Shown piece by piece: positions 50,064-60,342 of a stretch of DNA of 64,000 bases. Position 1 is the first letter of the stretch. Every line of letters starts with the position of its first letter. Source of the DNA: an uncultured Candidatus Bathyarchaeia archaeon (GTDB lineage Archaea; Thermoproteota; CALKCG01; B24; DRYS01); the NCBI GenBank assembly GCA_964491605.1, contig CAZBGY010000001.1, positions 99,461-163,460 on the forward strand, given 5' to 3'. Position numbers and translations under genes: made by a program. The notes beneath the pieces are model-generated. The model was given only the letters and a program-made list of their open reading frames with translations. It did no database searches and was not told the DNA's origin.

Positions 50064-50927
50064 TTAAATTAATGTTTCTCCCCCTAGACTTCTCCATATA
50101 CTTTTCATCTTTACCGCATCCAAATCGAGTAGAGGTGTTTCGCATATAATCGTAGGGTTCACTCCAATCTCTATGAGTACTCCGGCTATCTGATCAAAAT
50201 CTGGACCATACGTTTTCTCATCGAGATTATGATGCTCCCTCTCCCCGCCTCTACCATACTCTATCCTAGAGTAATGACAGTGCATCTCGTTCTTAACGTA
50301 ATTGGAACCTAATGTTCTCTCAAGTTTCTCTATTATTGTGAGGATATCTTTCTTATCCTTTATGGATCCAAGATCTCTAGCATATATATGTGCCCAATCT
50401 ATTACCGGCCTCGCATAGTGGGTTATAGTTGAAAGCTCCAAGATTTCTTCGATAGATCCAAGCTGGCTCTTCTTACCAGTGGTTTCCAATCCCAAATATA
50501 AGTTAGACAGGCTCTCCGTCTCCATCCACTCAGTGAGTATCCTTAAAGCTCGAATACATGTATCGATGGCATCTCGATGGCTTTTACCTCCATAATAACC
50601 TGGATGGAAAACGACTATATATGCACCCATCCATGAAGCTGCTGTTAAAGCTGCTTTAAGCCTTTCGATGCTATCCTTTACTACATCCTCCTTACCGGAT
50701 AGATTTATGAAGTACGATGCATGCATACTAAGCTTAATCCCATACCTTTTAGCTTCCTCCCTCAAGGATTCAGCTTTACTCCTAGCTATCTGGGGTTTAC
50801 CCCCCCATCTTACAGCTTGATATTCGAACGCATCTAACCCCTCATCGTTTAAGTATCGAGGTATCTCCGCTATGTCACCATTAAATCCTACGGGTTTACC
50901 TGCAGGACCGAATCTAGCTATCGGCAT
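50064..50927 (-). CDS. nfo: Endonuclease IV (AP endonuclease family 2)
   Basis: FGPAG, HASYFINL, FHPG, ETTGK, DWAH, H.H, ICETP. Confidence 0.88.
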   Translation of the reverse strand: MPIARFGPAGKPVGFNGDIAEIPRYLNDEGLDAFEYQAVRWGGKPQIARSKAESLREEAKRYGIKLSMHASYFINLSGKEDVVKDSIERLKAALTAASWMGAYIVVFHPGYYGGKSHRDAIDTCIRALRILTEWMETESLSNLYLGLETTGKKSQLGSIEEILELSTITHYARPVIDWAHIYARDLGSIKDKKDILTIIEKLERTLGSNYVKNEMHCHYSRIEYGRGGEREHHNLDEKTYGPDFDQIAGVLIEIGVNPTIICETPLLDLDAVKMKSIWRSLGGETLI

Positions 50928-51041
50928 ATGCCTGATACTTTATACCTACTAGTTAGGATTTAAATCTCATCCAACTAATATCCGTAGAGAGTAAACGTTA
51001 TTATACTGCTTCCACTCTCATATCGTTTAGCTGATATAGAT

Positions 51042-51263
51042 ATGCCTACATACTGTCCATTCTGTGGGGGTAGACTGATATACGATAGCAGAGTTAAACT
51101 ATATACTTGCCAAAGCTGCGGTGTAACTTTAACATTGGACGAAATAGTTATGGAGCGTGAAAAGTTGGCTGGCTTAGCTAAAAGTGGTAATACGAAGAGG
51201 AAAGATATGCAAGGTTACTTGAAATGGTGGTTTTCATCCAAGAAGCAAGTAGAGGAAAGTTGA
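51042..51263 (+). CDS. Small zinc-ribbon protein
   Basis: CPFCGG...CQSCG, C-terminal YLKWW. Confidence 0.75.
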   Translation: MPTYCPFCGGRLIYDSRVKLYTCQSCGVTLTLDEIVMEREKLAGLAKSGNTKRKDMQGYLKWWFSSKKQVEES

Positions 51264-51320
51264 TATCTAGAAACCTTTAAAGAGATAGTACTGCAGCTTT
51301 AATCGTAGGTGTAGTTAACC

Positions 51321-52124
51321 ATGTTTACGGTTGAGATTTTAAGCATAGGGAATGAGCTTCTAATCGGTAAGATCGCAAATACGAACGCTCAATATCTTGC
51401 TAGAAGGATAGTGGAGCTTGGAGGTAAAGTTACACGTATAGTTGTAGTCGGCGATGATCTCGATGAAATTGCTTCTGCTGTTAGGGAAAGTTTACAGAGG
51501 AAGCCGTCGTTCATTATAACTACCGGCGGGCTTGGACCTACTTTCGACGATATGACGCTTGCTGGTATCGGTAGAGCTTTAGGTTTAGAGATTGTATTAA
51601 ACGAAGAAGCTTTAAAGATGGTTAAGGAGAAGTATGAAGCTCTATCTAGAGAAAGGGGTACCATCCTTGAATTAACTCCTGCAAGAGTTAAGATGGCTAT
51701 GCTTCCGAAAAATGCCGAACCTATACGTAACCCTGTTGGGACAGCTCCAGCGGTTAAATTGAAGACCGATTCTACTGTAATCTATGCTTTACCAGGCGTA
51801 CCTAGTGAGATGAAAGCTATATTCGAGGAGTATATCGCTCCCATTCTCGCTGAGATCTCTGATAGAGTTTTCCTTGAAAGATATCTATTCATCGAGGGAT
51901 TACCTGAATCCTCATTAGCTCCGATATTAGAAGAAGCGATGGCTACCTATCCGCATATATACGTGAAATCTCATCCAAGGATGGAGGAGGGGCGATCCCA
52001 TATAGAACTTCACATCACGATATACTCAGAAAGCAAGGATAAAGCTGAATCGATACTATCAGCTGCAACGGAGTATCTGAAGAAGGCTATAGAGGAGAAG
52101 GGCGGAATCATATCTGAGAGGTAA
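51321..52124 (+). CDS. CinA-like molybdopterin-binding domain protein
   Basis: IGNELL.G...NTN, TGGLGPTFDD, NPVGTAP, LPGVP.EM. Confidence 0.9.
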   Translation: MFTVEILSIGNELLIGKIANTNAQYLARRIVELGGKVTRIVVVGDDLDEIASAVRESLQRKPSFIITTGGLGPTFDDMTLAGIGRALGLEIVLNEEALKMVKEKYEALSRERGTILELTPARVKMAMLPKNAEPIRNPVGTAPAVKLKTDSTVIYALPGVPSEMKAIFEEYIAPILAEISDRVFLERYLFIEGLPESSLAPILEEAMATYPHIYVKSHPRMEEGRSHIELHITIYSESKDKAESILSAATEYLKKAIEEKGGIISER

Positions 52125-52142
52125 GTACACTCCCAACTCAAG

Positions 52143-53189
52143 TTAGATATGCTTATAGAATTCGATCGGTTGCAGTTCTTTGAATCCTCCAACTTCTAAA
52201 GCTAGATACCTCCTTACATCTAGGCATAAATGGCATTTAGATATATAGCCCCTATCTCTAGGCTTATATCCGTAGCCTTCGACAGCCATCTCATACAATC
52301 TACGTATATCTGTGGATAATGCTTCGAGCACCGGCTTATCAGATAAATCCACCCCCACATCTACCATACCATCTATCATCTTGATATCTCCAAGGGTAAG
52401 CCCACCGCAGTATCCCGGTATATAGTTGCCATAGCAATCTATATGTATATGCCATGCTCGTGTAAGCTCATCTAAGCATTGTTCGCCAAAATATGATTCA
52501 GCATTTCTCCTATCATAGAACTCATCTAGCCTATAGCATAGACGACCCATAGGAAGTATTATCCGTGGATTAATTATATCGGTGATAGCGTAATCTTTGG
52601 TCAAAGCAATTTTAAGATACTCTTCAAACTTTAACTTCTCCTTAACCCCTATTTCCTCCGCTTGTCTATAGAAGTATGGGTGATACATCATAGTATTCCT
52701 AGAACCGAAGATCTTTACCGCTATCCTAAAACATCGTTTCGCATTTCCAAAGTCTACGTATTCAAGTATGAATGGATTCACGCTTATCAGAATGCCGTGG
52801 AGGCCTGCTTTCCTAAGCATCGTAAGCTTATCCTCTACGATTTCATCAGAAGTACACCAAAAGCAGTTAGTCTCTACGAATATCGACGGCAGACCAGCTT
52901 TAGAAGCTATCTCGACGCATGATAATAATAGTGGGAAGTTTAAAAACGGTTCACCACCTGTTAGATGGAATCCATAGTTAACACCAAGCAGTTTATCTCC
53001 AACACCTCTATAGAATGAAGAGGAGAATGATGCTAGCTTCTCAGCTATAAACCTGAATAGATCTTTATCTATCCATAGGTTCTCCCACTTAGGTGAACAT
53101 GCATACATACAATGCCTACACTCACTTGTACATTTATATGAGAGTATTATACCTGCCGATAGAGGTTTTCTAGGCTTAAGCATCCTCAT
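52143..53189 (-). CDS. Radical SAM protein of unknown substrate
   Basis: CTSECRHC, TGGEPF, ETN, C-terminal CHLC. Confidence 0.88.
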   Translation of the reverse strand: MRMLKPRKPLSAGIILSYKCTSECRHCMYACSPKWENLWIDKDLFRFIAEKLASFSSSFYRGVGDKLLGVNYGFHLTGGEPFLNFPLLLSCVEIASKAGLPSIFVETNCFWCTSDEIVEDKLTMLRKAGLHGILISVNPFILEYVDFGNAKRCFRIAVKIFGSRNTMMYHPYFYRQAEEIGVKEKLKFEEYLKIALTKDYAITDIINPRIILPMGRLCYRLDEFYDRRNAESYFGEQCLDELTRAWHIHIDCYGNYIPGYCGGLTLGDIKMIDGMVDVGVDLSDKPVLEALSTDIRRLYEMAVEGYGYKPRDRGYISKCHLCLDVRRYLALEVGGFKELQPIEFYKHI

Positions 53190-53406
53190 TCCTAGATCGT
53201 TAATAAATATGCTTTAAAAGGGAAGGCTTAAGCTTAACTAGTATCTATAATAATGTATGGTCGATTTAGCTAACTGCACGGTTACATCCATAATAAAGCT
53301 ACGACGCATATCTGTTAAAGCATATAATTGAATATCTAGGTATCGTTTAGCATATCATGCCATAAAGTTTTATCTCCGCCGTAGCTATTCTATTGCTTCA
53401 ATTAGG

Positions 53407-54111
53407 ATGAGACCACCTTTCATAGTGGTGCATGGTAGATGTATCGCTGAAGTCTGGGAAGCCGCTATCGAAGCAGTATATCGCAACGGAGTGGAAATAG
53501 ACACGGAGTACGGTTGTAAAGCGAAGGAATCAACGTTGATGATGATAGTAGAAGATCCTTTTTCAGAACCTAGAGTTCATCCTGGAGATGTATATGCAGT
53601 GGTTGGATTAGGAAGCTATCTCGATGAAGTACTAGAAGGTACATTAGATTCAAAGGTAGCTAGTGGAAAGCTAGCTTATACGTATCATGAACGATTATTC
53701 AACTATGGATTAGAGGGTATTAACCAGATAGAGGCTGTTATAGAGAAACTTCGGAGCGCTCCCTATACTAGGAGGGCTCAAGCGATAACCTGGATTCCAT
53801 CTAAAGATTTAACGATCGATTCACCTCCATGCCTACAGAGGTTATGGTTTAAAGTCTATGATGGTAAGCTGGTACTTCAATCTGAGTGGAGGAGTAGGGA
53901 TTTATTCCGTGCAGCGCATATGAATATGCTAGCGATGACAGAGCTTCAGAAGATGGTGGCGAATAAGCTTGGATTGAATGTAGGCGCATACTTTGACTTA
54001 TCGAATAGTGCTCATATCTACGATAAATCTTATAACGATGTGGAACGTTTCCTTAAGACAGCGTATAGACGTAGAAACGAAAAATTTAAGGTTGATATCT
54101 TTACGATCTAA
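53407..54111 (+). CDS. thyA: Thymidylate synthase, archaeal/methanogen type
   Basis: YTYHERL, TRRA.AITW, PPCLQ, RS.D, N, SAHIY. Confidence 0.88.
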   Translation: MRPPFIVVHGRCIAEVWEAAIEAVYRNGVEIDTEYGCKAKESTLMMIVEDPFSEPRVHPGDVYAVVGLGSYLDEVLEGTLDSKVASGKLAYTYHERLFNYGLEGINQIEAVIEKLRSAPYTRRAQAITWIPSKDLTIDSPPCLQRLWFKVYDGKLVLQSEWRSRDLFRAAHMNMLAMTELQKMVANKLGLNVGAYFDLSNSAHIYDKSYNDVERFLKTAYRRRNEKFKVDIFTI

Positions 54112-54120
54112 GCCTAAGGC

Positions 54121-55149
54121 TTGTCTAGCTCGAATATAGGGGATGCTAAACCAGTTAAAATAGCTCTCAAACCTAGGAGAATCATATTATCATCGCTAGT
54201 AGGGTTAATACTGCTTGTAGTATTTTTTTCATCGTACTCGGATCTAGAGCTATCTATAGGCTATATACGTTCAGCTGATCCTACACTCTACCTTGTAGCG
54301 TTCATATCGGTTACGCTAGGTATAATAGCTTACTCAGAAGCCTGGCGTATACTCTTGAAAGCTATCGGATCATCTATTAGCTTCACATCGTCTCTAAAGA
54401 TAGTTCTAGGAAGCATATTCCTTAATCTTGCTATACCAACCGCATCCATAGGTGGAGAGGTCTTCAGGATATACGCTGCAAATCGTGGATATGGATACCC
54501 GTATGAAGCGGTATCGGCTACAGTATTACTTCATAGGGTATTCTCTATGCTTCCATTCCTTTCAGGTTCAGCTATAGGCTTTATCTATCTATCTACATGT
54601 TTCATTCTTCCATCGATATTATCTCAGATACTCTCTATAGTCGCTATAGCGATAGCTATATTCTCCTCTCTAGCGTTAGCTATAATCATATATCCTAGGA
54701 TAATTTTCGTCGCGATTAAGCCTATAATGAAGCTCCTAGGAAGTAGAGGTTCACGCTTCTATTCGAGGATAGAGGCTTTCATGTCTAAATTCGAATACTC
54801 CATGAAACTTCTAACAGGTGCGAGGAAAGCATCGATTTCATCGATAATTTTATCCTGGTTAGCTTGGATTCTAGATGTACTAGTAGCTTACTTCGTCTTC
54901 CTTTCGCTTAAGTATTCGGTCGAAATACCGATCGTCGTATCCGTATATACGATAGGTATAACGATACAGATGATACCGGTAGGTATACCCGGAATGGTTG
55001 GTATAGTCGAGACGATTATGGCTACTCTATACTCCTTAGTCGGTATACCGTCAGCTATCAGTGTAGCTGCTACACTCATGATAAGAATGGTTATGCTATG
55101 GTTTGAAATAGCAATCGGAAGCATAGCGTTGCTTCTATTAAGGGTATAG
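54121..55149 (+). CDS. UPF0104 / flippase-like membrane protein
   Basis: N..IPTASIGGE..R, PG..GIVE; about 8 TM. Confidence 0.85.
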   Translation: MSSSNIGDAKPVKIALKPRRIILSSLVGLILLVVFFSSYSDLELSIGYIRSADPTLYLVAFISVTLGIIAYSEAWRILLKAIGSSISFTSSLKIVLGSIFLNLAIPTASIGGEVFRIYAANRGYGYPYEAVSATVLLHRVFSMLPFLSGSAIGFIYLSTCFILPSILSQILSIVAIAIAIFSSLALAIIIYPRIIFVAIKPIMKLLGSRGSRFYSRIEAFMSKFEYSMKLLTGARKASISSIILSWLAWILDVLVAYFVFLSLKYSVEIPIVVSVYTIGITIQMIPVGIPGMVGIVETIMATLYSLVGIPSAISVAATLMIRMVMLWFEIAIGSIALLLLRV

Positions 55150-55160
55150 TTGGTTTAGCC

Positions 55161-55222
55161 GGCACCCAAATCTGGGTGGAATCATCATCCCCTTTAGGTC
55201 TGTTCGCCCGTCTCCGGGTGCC
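55161..55222 (-). ncRNA. Candidate small structured RNA (possible C/D-type guide)
   Basis: GC-rich intergenic element, GGCACCC/GGGTGCC terminal stem, ATGATGA box, segment ACGGGCGAACAG antisense to an LSU rRNA A-loop-like sequence. Confidence 0.5.
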
Positions 55223-55292
55223 TTAAGCCCAAGAAATAGATATGATGATAGGGAAAGATTAGTTTTTCGTGTATTTACATGGTTATGTTCCA

Positions 55293-55754
55293 TTATATTT
55301 GTGTTTCAGATACCCTAACCTTTGCCTCCTCATAATACTTAACCCAAGTTTCATCTAACGGTCTGAATTTAAATCCATAACTTATTATTCCTTTATCGCC
55401 TTGGCTTATTATCCTTCTGAAGCATACCTCGACGGGCATACCTATATATACATCCTCCGGGTTGCAATCGACAATCTGGCTCATAACCCTAATGCCGTCT
55501 TCAAGTTCAACTATCGCTACTATGTATGGTGCATAGTACTCGAACCCTTCAGATGGCACCCTTATAACGGTGTAACTATAGACTTTTCCCCTTCCAGATA
55601 GTTCTACATCTACGATTCTGCCTCTACGCCTACAGTTAGGACATACTTCTCTCCTAGGGAAGAATATTTTGCCGCATACTTCGCATCTAGATCCTATAAG
55701 CCTATATCTCTCCTTCCTCCTCCTCCAATGGAATGGTACTCCCAGTATAGACAG
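55293..55754 (-). CDS. DUF35 Zn-ribbon/OB-fold protein (thiolase-HMGCS scaffold), probable CTG start
   Basis: Frame stays open upstream of the track start: SILGVPFHWRRRKERYRLIGSRCEVCG..FFP.R.VCPNC; GGAGGTGA lies 6 nt before CTG 55754. Confidence 0.88.
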   Translation of the reverse strand: MSILGVPFHWRRRKERYRLIGSRCEVCGKIFFPRREVCPNCRRRGRIVDVELSGRGKVYSYTVIRVPSEGFEYYAPYIVAIVELEDGIRVMSQIVDCNPEDVYIGMPVEVCFRRIISQGDKGIISYGFKFRPLDETWVKYYEEAKVRVSETQI

Positions 55755-55760
55755 ATCGTA

Positions 55761-56945
55761 TCACCTCCCGACTATAGTTACTACAACGGTAGCTCCGGAT
55801 CCGCCGACATTCTGAGCTAATCCGTATTCAGCGTTTGAAACCTGTCTTCCCCTTTCCGCTTCTCCCCTTAACTGTTTCACAAGCTCTACCACTTGTTTTA
55901 TACCTGTAGCTCCTACTGCATGCCCACCGGCTTTTAATCCTCCATCAGTATTAACAGGCAGCTTTCCTCCGACATACGTCTCCCCCTCTTCGTAGAGTTT
56001 ACCTGCTTCACCCTTCTTAACAAATCCTAAATCCTCTAACGCTATTATCTCGGCTATCGTAAAGCAATCGTGAACTTCGACTACATCTATATCCGTCGGA
56101 GATAGCTTCGCTATTCTATACGCACTCCTACTAGCTTCAACGGTAGCTCTCAACGTAACTATATCTTCACGCTCGAATAATGCTAGCTTATCTGAGGCAA
56201 CCGTGCAGGCTTTGATATATATAGGTGTATCCGTATACTTCCTAGCCTTATCAGCAGGTACTAGTATCATGCATGAAGCCCCATCTGATATAGGGCAGCA
56301 GTCATCTCTACGTAGAGGATCAGCTACTAGTGGAGATGATATAACGCGTTCGACGCTAGTTCTAAACTGGAAATGGGCGAGTGGATTCATACTTCCATGG
56401 TAATGGTTTTTCACAGCAACTTCTGCAAGGGTTTCTCTGGAAAGCTTATACTCGTACATGTATCGTTGAGCTATAAGGGCGTATAAGCCTGGAAATGTTG
56501 CTCCAAAGTATGCTTCCCATTCAGAATCCATTGCTCCAGCTAAAGCTAGGGTAGCTCTATCTGAAGGTACATCGGTCATCTTCTCTATACCGCCTACGGC
56601 TACTACATCGTAAAGGCCTGAAGCTACGGCTAGATAACCTTGAAATAAAGCTACACCTCCAGATGCACATGCAGCTTCCACCCTTATAGCAGGAGTCGGA
56701 TTCAAACCTAGAAAATCAGCTATTAAAGCTCCTACATGCTCTTGACCTACAAATAACCCTCCAGACATATTCCCGAATATAACGAGCTGTATATCTCGCC
56801 CCTGTATTCCAGCATCCTCAACGGCGGGTACAGCCGCCTCCCACGCCAGCTCTCTAAGGCTTTTATCCCATCTCTCGCCAAACTTAGAACTACCTATACC
56901 CACTATAGCGACATCTCTCTTCTTATATAGCGGAAACTCCATCAA
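55761..56945 (-). CDS. Acetyl-CoA C-acetyltransferase (archaeal thiolase)
   Basis: [37 protein letters not shown]. Confidence 0.93.
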   Translation of the reverse strand: MMEFPLYKKRDVAIVGIGSSKFGERWDKSLRELAWEAAVPAVEDAGIQGRDIQLVIFGNMSGGLFVGQEHVGALIADFLGLNPTPAIRVEAACASGGVALFQGYLAVASGLYDVVAVGGIEKMTDVPSDRATLALAGAMDSEWEAYFGATFPGLYALIAQRYMYEYKLSRETLAEVAVKNHYHGSMNPLAHFQFRTSVERVISSPLVADPLRRDDCCPISDGASCMILVPADKARKYTDTPIYIKACTVASDKLALFEREDIVTLRATVEASRSAYRIAKLSPTDIDVVEVHDCFTIAEIIALEDLGFVKKGEAGKLYEEGETYVGGKLPVNTDGGLKAGGHAVGATGIKQVVELVKQLRGEAERGRQVSNAEYGLAQNVGGSGATVVVTIVGR

Positions 56946-57994
56946 TAATCCACCCCTTTAAACATACGTCTAAACTTTATGTAGGTCGCATAATCTATGT
57001 ATACCTTCCTATCTATATAGTAGCGTACAGGAGGAGCGAGTCTCCTCTTCTCTTCTATAACATCTGTTACCACTAGGCTGAAACTATCGGATCCAGCTCC
57101 AGAACCGTATGATGTCATAAGTATTCTCTGACCAGGTTTAGCTATATCGAGAACGGCGGCTAAACCTATAAGACTAGACCCAGAATATGTATTCCCTATC
57201 CATGGAACGACAAGACCGGGTTTAACTTTATCCAGAGGTATACCTATCATTGTAGCAGCTCTAAGCGGATACTTAGCGTTAGGCTGGTGGAAAATCACGT
57301 AATCGAAGTCTGACGGCTTTAATCCAGCTTTCTCCATTAAACCTAAAGTGCATTTAACTACATGTTCGAAGTATCCGGGTTCACCTGTAAACCTACCAGC
57401 ATGTCTAGGGTATACATCCCCATCTCTACGCCAGAAATCCGGTACATCCTGTGTATACGAGTATGTGCATTCTATCTCGGCGATAACCTTGCTTTTACCG
57501 ATTATATATGCCGCCCCACCTGCAGCAGCGGTATATTCTAATGCATCCATAGGACTTGCTTGAGCAGTATCAGCGCCTATAGACATACCGTAATCTATAT
57601 ACCCTGATGATACTAGACCCATACATGCCTGTATAGCAGCCGTAGCGGCTTTACAAGCAAACTCCGTATCGGCAGCCGTCAGGAATGGTGTAGCTCCTAT
57701 AGCCTCTGCTACCGTCGCAGCTGTAGGTTTAACAGCATATGGGTGGGACTCGGATCCTACATAGATAGCTCCTATATTGTTGGGTAGTACTTCTGGCGCC
57801 CTTTTTAAAGCATTCCTAGCAGCTTCTACGGCTATTGTAGCTGTATCCTCATCGATAGAGGGGACAGTCTTCTCCTCTACGCCTAACCCTTCACGGTAGG
57901 TGTTGGGGTCGTGTCCCCATACCTTCGCTATCTCGTCAACCTTTATCCTCCAGATCGGTATGTATACGCCATACCCTACTATGCCTACGTTCAA
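56942..57994 (-). CDS. Hydroxymethylglutaryl-CoA synthase
   Basis: [37 protein letters not shown]. Confidence 0.95.
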   Translation of the reverse strand: MNVGIVGYGVYIPIWRIKVDEIAKVWGHDPNTYREGLGVEEKTVPSIDEDTATIAVEAARNALKRAPEVLPNNIGAIYVGSESHPYAVKPTAATVAEAIGATPFLTAADTEFACKAATAAIQACMGLVSSGYIDYGMSIGADTAQASPMDALEYTAAAGGAAYIIGKSKVIAEIECTYSYTQDVPDFWRRDGDVYPRHAGRFTGEPGYFEHVVKCTLGLMEKAGLKPSDFDYVIFHQPNAKYPLRAATMIGIPLDKVKPGLVVPWIGNTYSGSSLIGLAAVLDIAKPGQRILMTSYGSGAGSDSFSLVVTDVIEEKRRLAPPVRYYIDRKVYIDYATYIKFRRMFKGVDY

Positions 57995-58107
57995 GCTATC
58001 TACTCCTCCATCTACATTAAATATTCTATCATGGAGGTATCAGGTATAATAAAGTTGTTCTAGCATCGTTAAACTATTTAGCCTAGACGATATCTGTATC
58101 ACAGTAG

Positions 58108-58896
58108 ATGACCATACTGGCATCCCTACTGAGGCTAATAGGTATCTATAAGATCTATGAATGGTGGTTGCATCGTCAGGTTAAGAGCGGAGCTATTCCG
58201 CAGCATGTAGCCGTAATACTCGATGGGAATAGGAGGTGGGCTAAAGATAGAGGTCTACCACCTTGGATAGGTCATGAGTACGGTGCGAAGAAGGTTGAGG
58301 ATCTTCTCAAATGGTGTCTAGATTTAGGCGTACCTATACTTACATTATTCGTATTCTCCACAGAGAATTTCTACAGACCTAAAGAGGAGGTTGAAAATTT
58401 AATGTCAATTTTTAGAAAATATCTCGAAAGACTCTTGAAAGATGAGAACATACATAAAAATATGGTTAGAATTAAATTCATAGGTAGGCTTGATCTACTT
58501 CCGGAAGATATATCGAAACTTGCTAGCGACATCGAGGAGTCTACAAAGAATTACTCTAGTAGATGGCTTAATGTAGCTATAGCATATGGAGGTAGAATGG
58601 AAATAGTAGATGCCGTTAGGAAGATATCGGCTAAAGTTATGGAAGGTTTACTGAAGCCAGAGGATATAGATGAGAAGATTCTAGAAGAGCACCTTTATAC
58701 ATCACATCTACCCAAACCAGATCCAGATTTGATAATAAGGACGAGCGGTGAGGAAAGGCTTAGCGGCTTCCTACTCTGGCAAAGCGCATATAGCGAGCTA
58801 TGTTTTCTAGACGTTTACTGGCCGGAATTTAGGCGTATAGATCTATTAAGGGCTATAAGAACCTATCAGCAGAGGGAGCGTAGATACGGTAGATAA
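58108..58896 (+). CDS. uppS: cis-prenyltransferase (polyprenyl diphosphate synthase)
   Basis: ILDGNRRWA, FSTENF.R, YGGR, IIRTSGEERLSGFLLWQ, RRYG. Confidence 0.96.
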   Translation: MTILASLLRLIGIYKIYEWWLHRQVKSGAIPQHVAVILDGNRRWAKDRGLPPWIGHEYGAKKVEDLLKWCLDLGVPILTLFVFSTENFYRPKEEVENLMSIFRKYLERLLKDENIHKNMVRIKFIGRLDLLPEDISKLASDIEESTKNYSSRWLNVAIAYGGRMEIVDAVRKISAKVMEGLLKPEDIDEKILEEHLYTSHLPKPDPDLIIRTSGEERLSGFLLWQSAYSELCFLDVYWPEFRRIDLLRAIRTYQQRERRYGR

Positions 58897-59148
58897 TGTG
58901 AAACAGCATAATCTATATGTAGCCTTCTAAGTAGGTTTAAGAATATCGTCGATCGATAGATTCTCTTCGAATATCATCGCGTATTGGTTGTGATAATCTA
59001 GTTATAGGTAATTTTGGGATGGCTATGTTGATGTATTTATCGTATCTGATAAGCTATACACCACAATACCGACTGTAATGCCGATCGGCTACTTATTCAT
59101 CCCTAACTTATAAGACAGGTTGGGTATATCATTATAGTGGCTTGAAAA

Positions 59149-60342
59149 ATGGCTAAGCTCAACTTACTCCATACAGCTGATTTTCATCTAGGTGCATGGC
59201 CTGTAGGTTTACCGCTAGTTAAACGTAGTATTAGATTGAAGGATTTCGAGGATCAACTATTAAAGATTAAAAACTATGCATTAGAGTATGGTTGTGATTT
59301 TCTAGTTATCGCAGGCGATATATTCCACACAGTTAAACCTTCCAGTCTTCTACTAGATGTATTTGCTAGATTTGTATACAGTCTAACTTCTAAGGGTGTA
59401 TCGGTAGTAGCTATAGCTGGGACGCATGATAAACCTAAAACGGAGGATACTCCATCATACCTTAAAGCATTATCAGATGCAGGTATACCTTTATTTTACT
59501 TCACGGAAGAACCTACGGTTATGTATTTGAAGGGCCGTATAAGCGGTAGAGTTGTTAAATTCTCTATGATACCCTACATTCTGCCATCTATTCCTGATAG
59601 GAATATGTCTAGATCCAAGATGATCGAAGTTGTAAGAGATACTATTGCAAGAGAGGAATATAGCTACGATTACAGCGTAGCCGTAGCGCACTTATTAGTG
59701 GATGAAGCTTATGTGAAGGGTTTACCTGCTAATATGCTTCGGGAGTTTTCTGTACCAGTATCGCTGTTCTCAGAGGTGGATTATGTATGCCTCGGACATA
59801 TACATAGGCATCAAGCCCCATCTAGTAACGTCGTCTACTCTGGCTCTATAGAACGTATAGATTTCGATGAAGAGGATGATGTCAAAGGCTTCGTATTAGT
59901 CAGCGAAAATGGTGGGGGTTTGGAATGGATGTTCAATGAGCTTCCTTGCAGACCTATGAAGAGCATACCACGCCAGGGATTTCTCGATCTCCCTACCGAA
60001 GAGAATATGGAGAACATATTAGAATCTACGCTAAGATCTTCCGGAGATATCAGGGATGCTATTATCCGTTTAAGGGTTAGGATCAGCGAAGGTCAGCATA
60101 TAGCTTTCTCCTCAATAGAAGATATTATGGATAGATTTATGGTATTCCACTGGGTTCTAGATATAGAAAGAGTTAGGTCGGGCTACCCTAAACCATCTAG
60201 ATACGATAGATCATCCTCTATAGAGGATCTCTTCAAGAAGTACGTTTCAGATTTGTTAGCCGGCACTCTAGATTCAGTTTTCACGGAAAACGTTATATCA
60301 GAAGGTTTAAAACTTCTGGAGGCTGGTAGCTCTGAAGATTAA
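59149..60342 (+). CDS. mre11: Mre11/SbcD nuclease
   Basis: HTADFHLG, IAGDIF, GTHD, AH, LGHIH, YSGSIE..F.E...KG. Confidence 0.85.
   Translation: MAKLNLLHTADFHLGAWPVGLPLVKRSIRLKDFEDQLLKIKNYALEYGCDFLVIAGDIFHTVKPSSLLLDVFARFVYSLTSKGVSVVAIAGTHDKPKTEDTPSYLKALSDAGIPLFYFTEEPTVMYLKGRISGRVVKFSMIPYILPSIPDRNMSRSKMIEVVRDTIAREEYSYDYSVAVAHLLVDEAYVKGLPANMLREFSVPVSLFSEVDYVCLGHIHRHQAPSSNVVYSGSIERIDFDEEDDVKGFVLVSENGGGLEWMFNELPCRPMKSIPRQGFLDLPTEENMENILESTLRSSGDIRDAIIRLRVRISEGQHIAFSSIEDIMDRFMVFHWVLDIERVRSGYPKPSRYDRSSSIEDLFKKYVSDLLAGTLDSVFTENVISEGLKLLEAGSSED

Noticed and set aside
55161-55763. Selenocysteine recoding of the thiolase UGA, with the downstream hairpin acting as a 3'-UTR SECIS
   Set aside because: The UGA sits at the normal thiolase C-terminus, not at a catalytic Cys position. 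The hairpin does not match archaeal or eukaryotic SECIS layouts. SD plus CTG explains the frame more simply.
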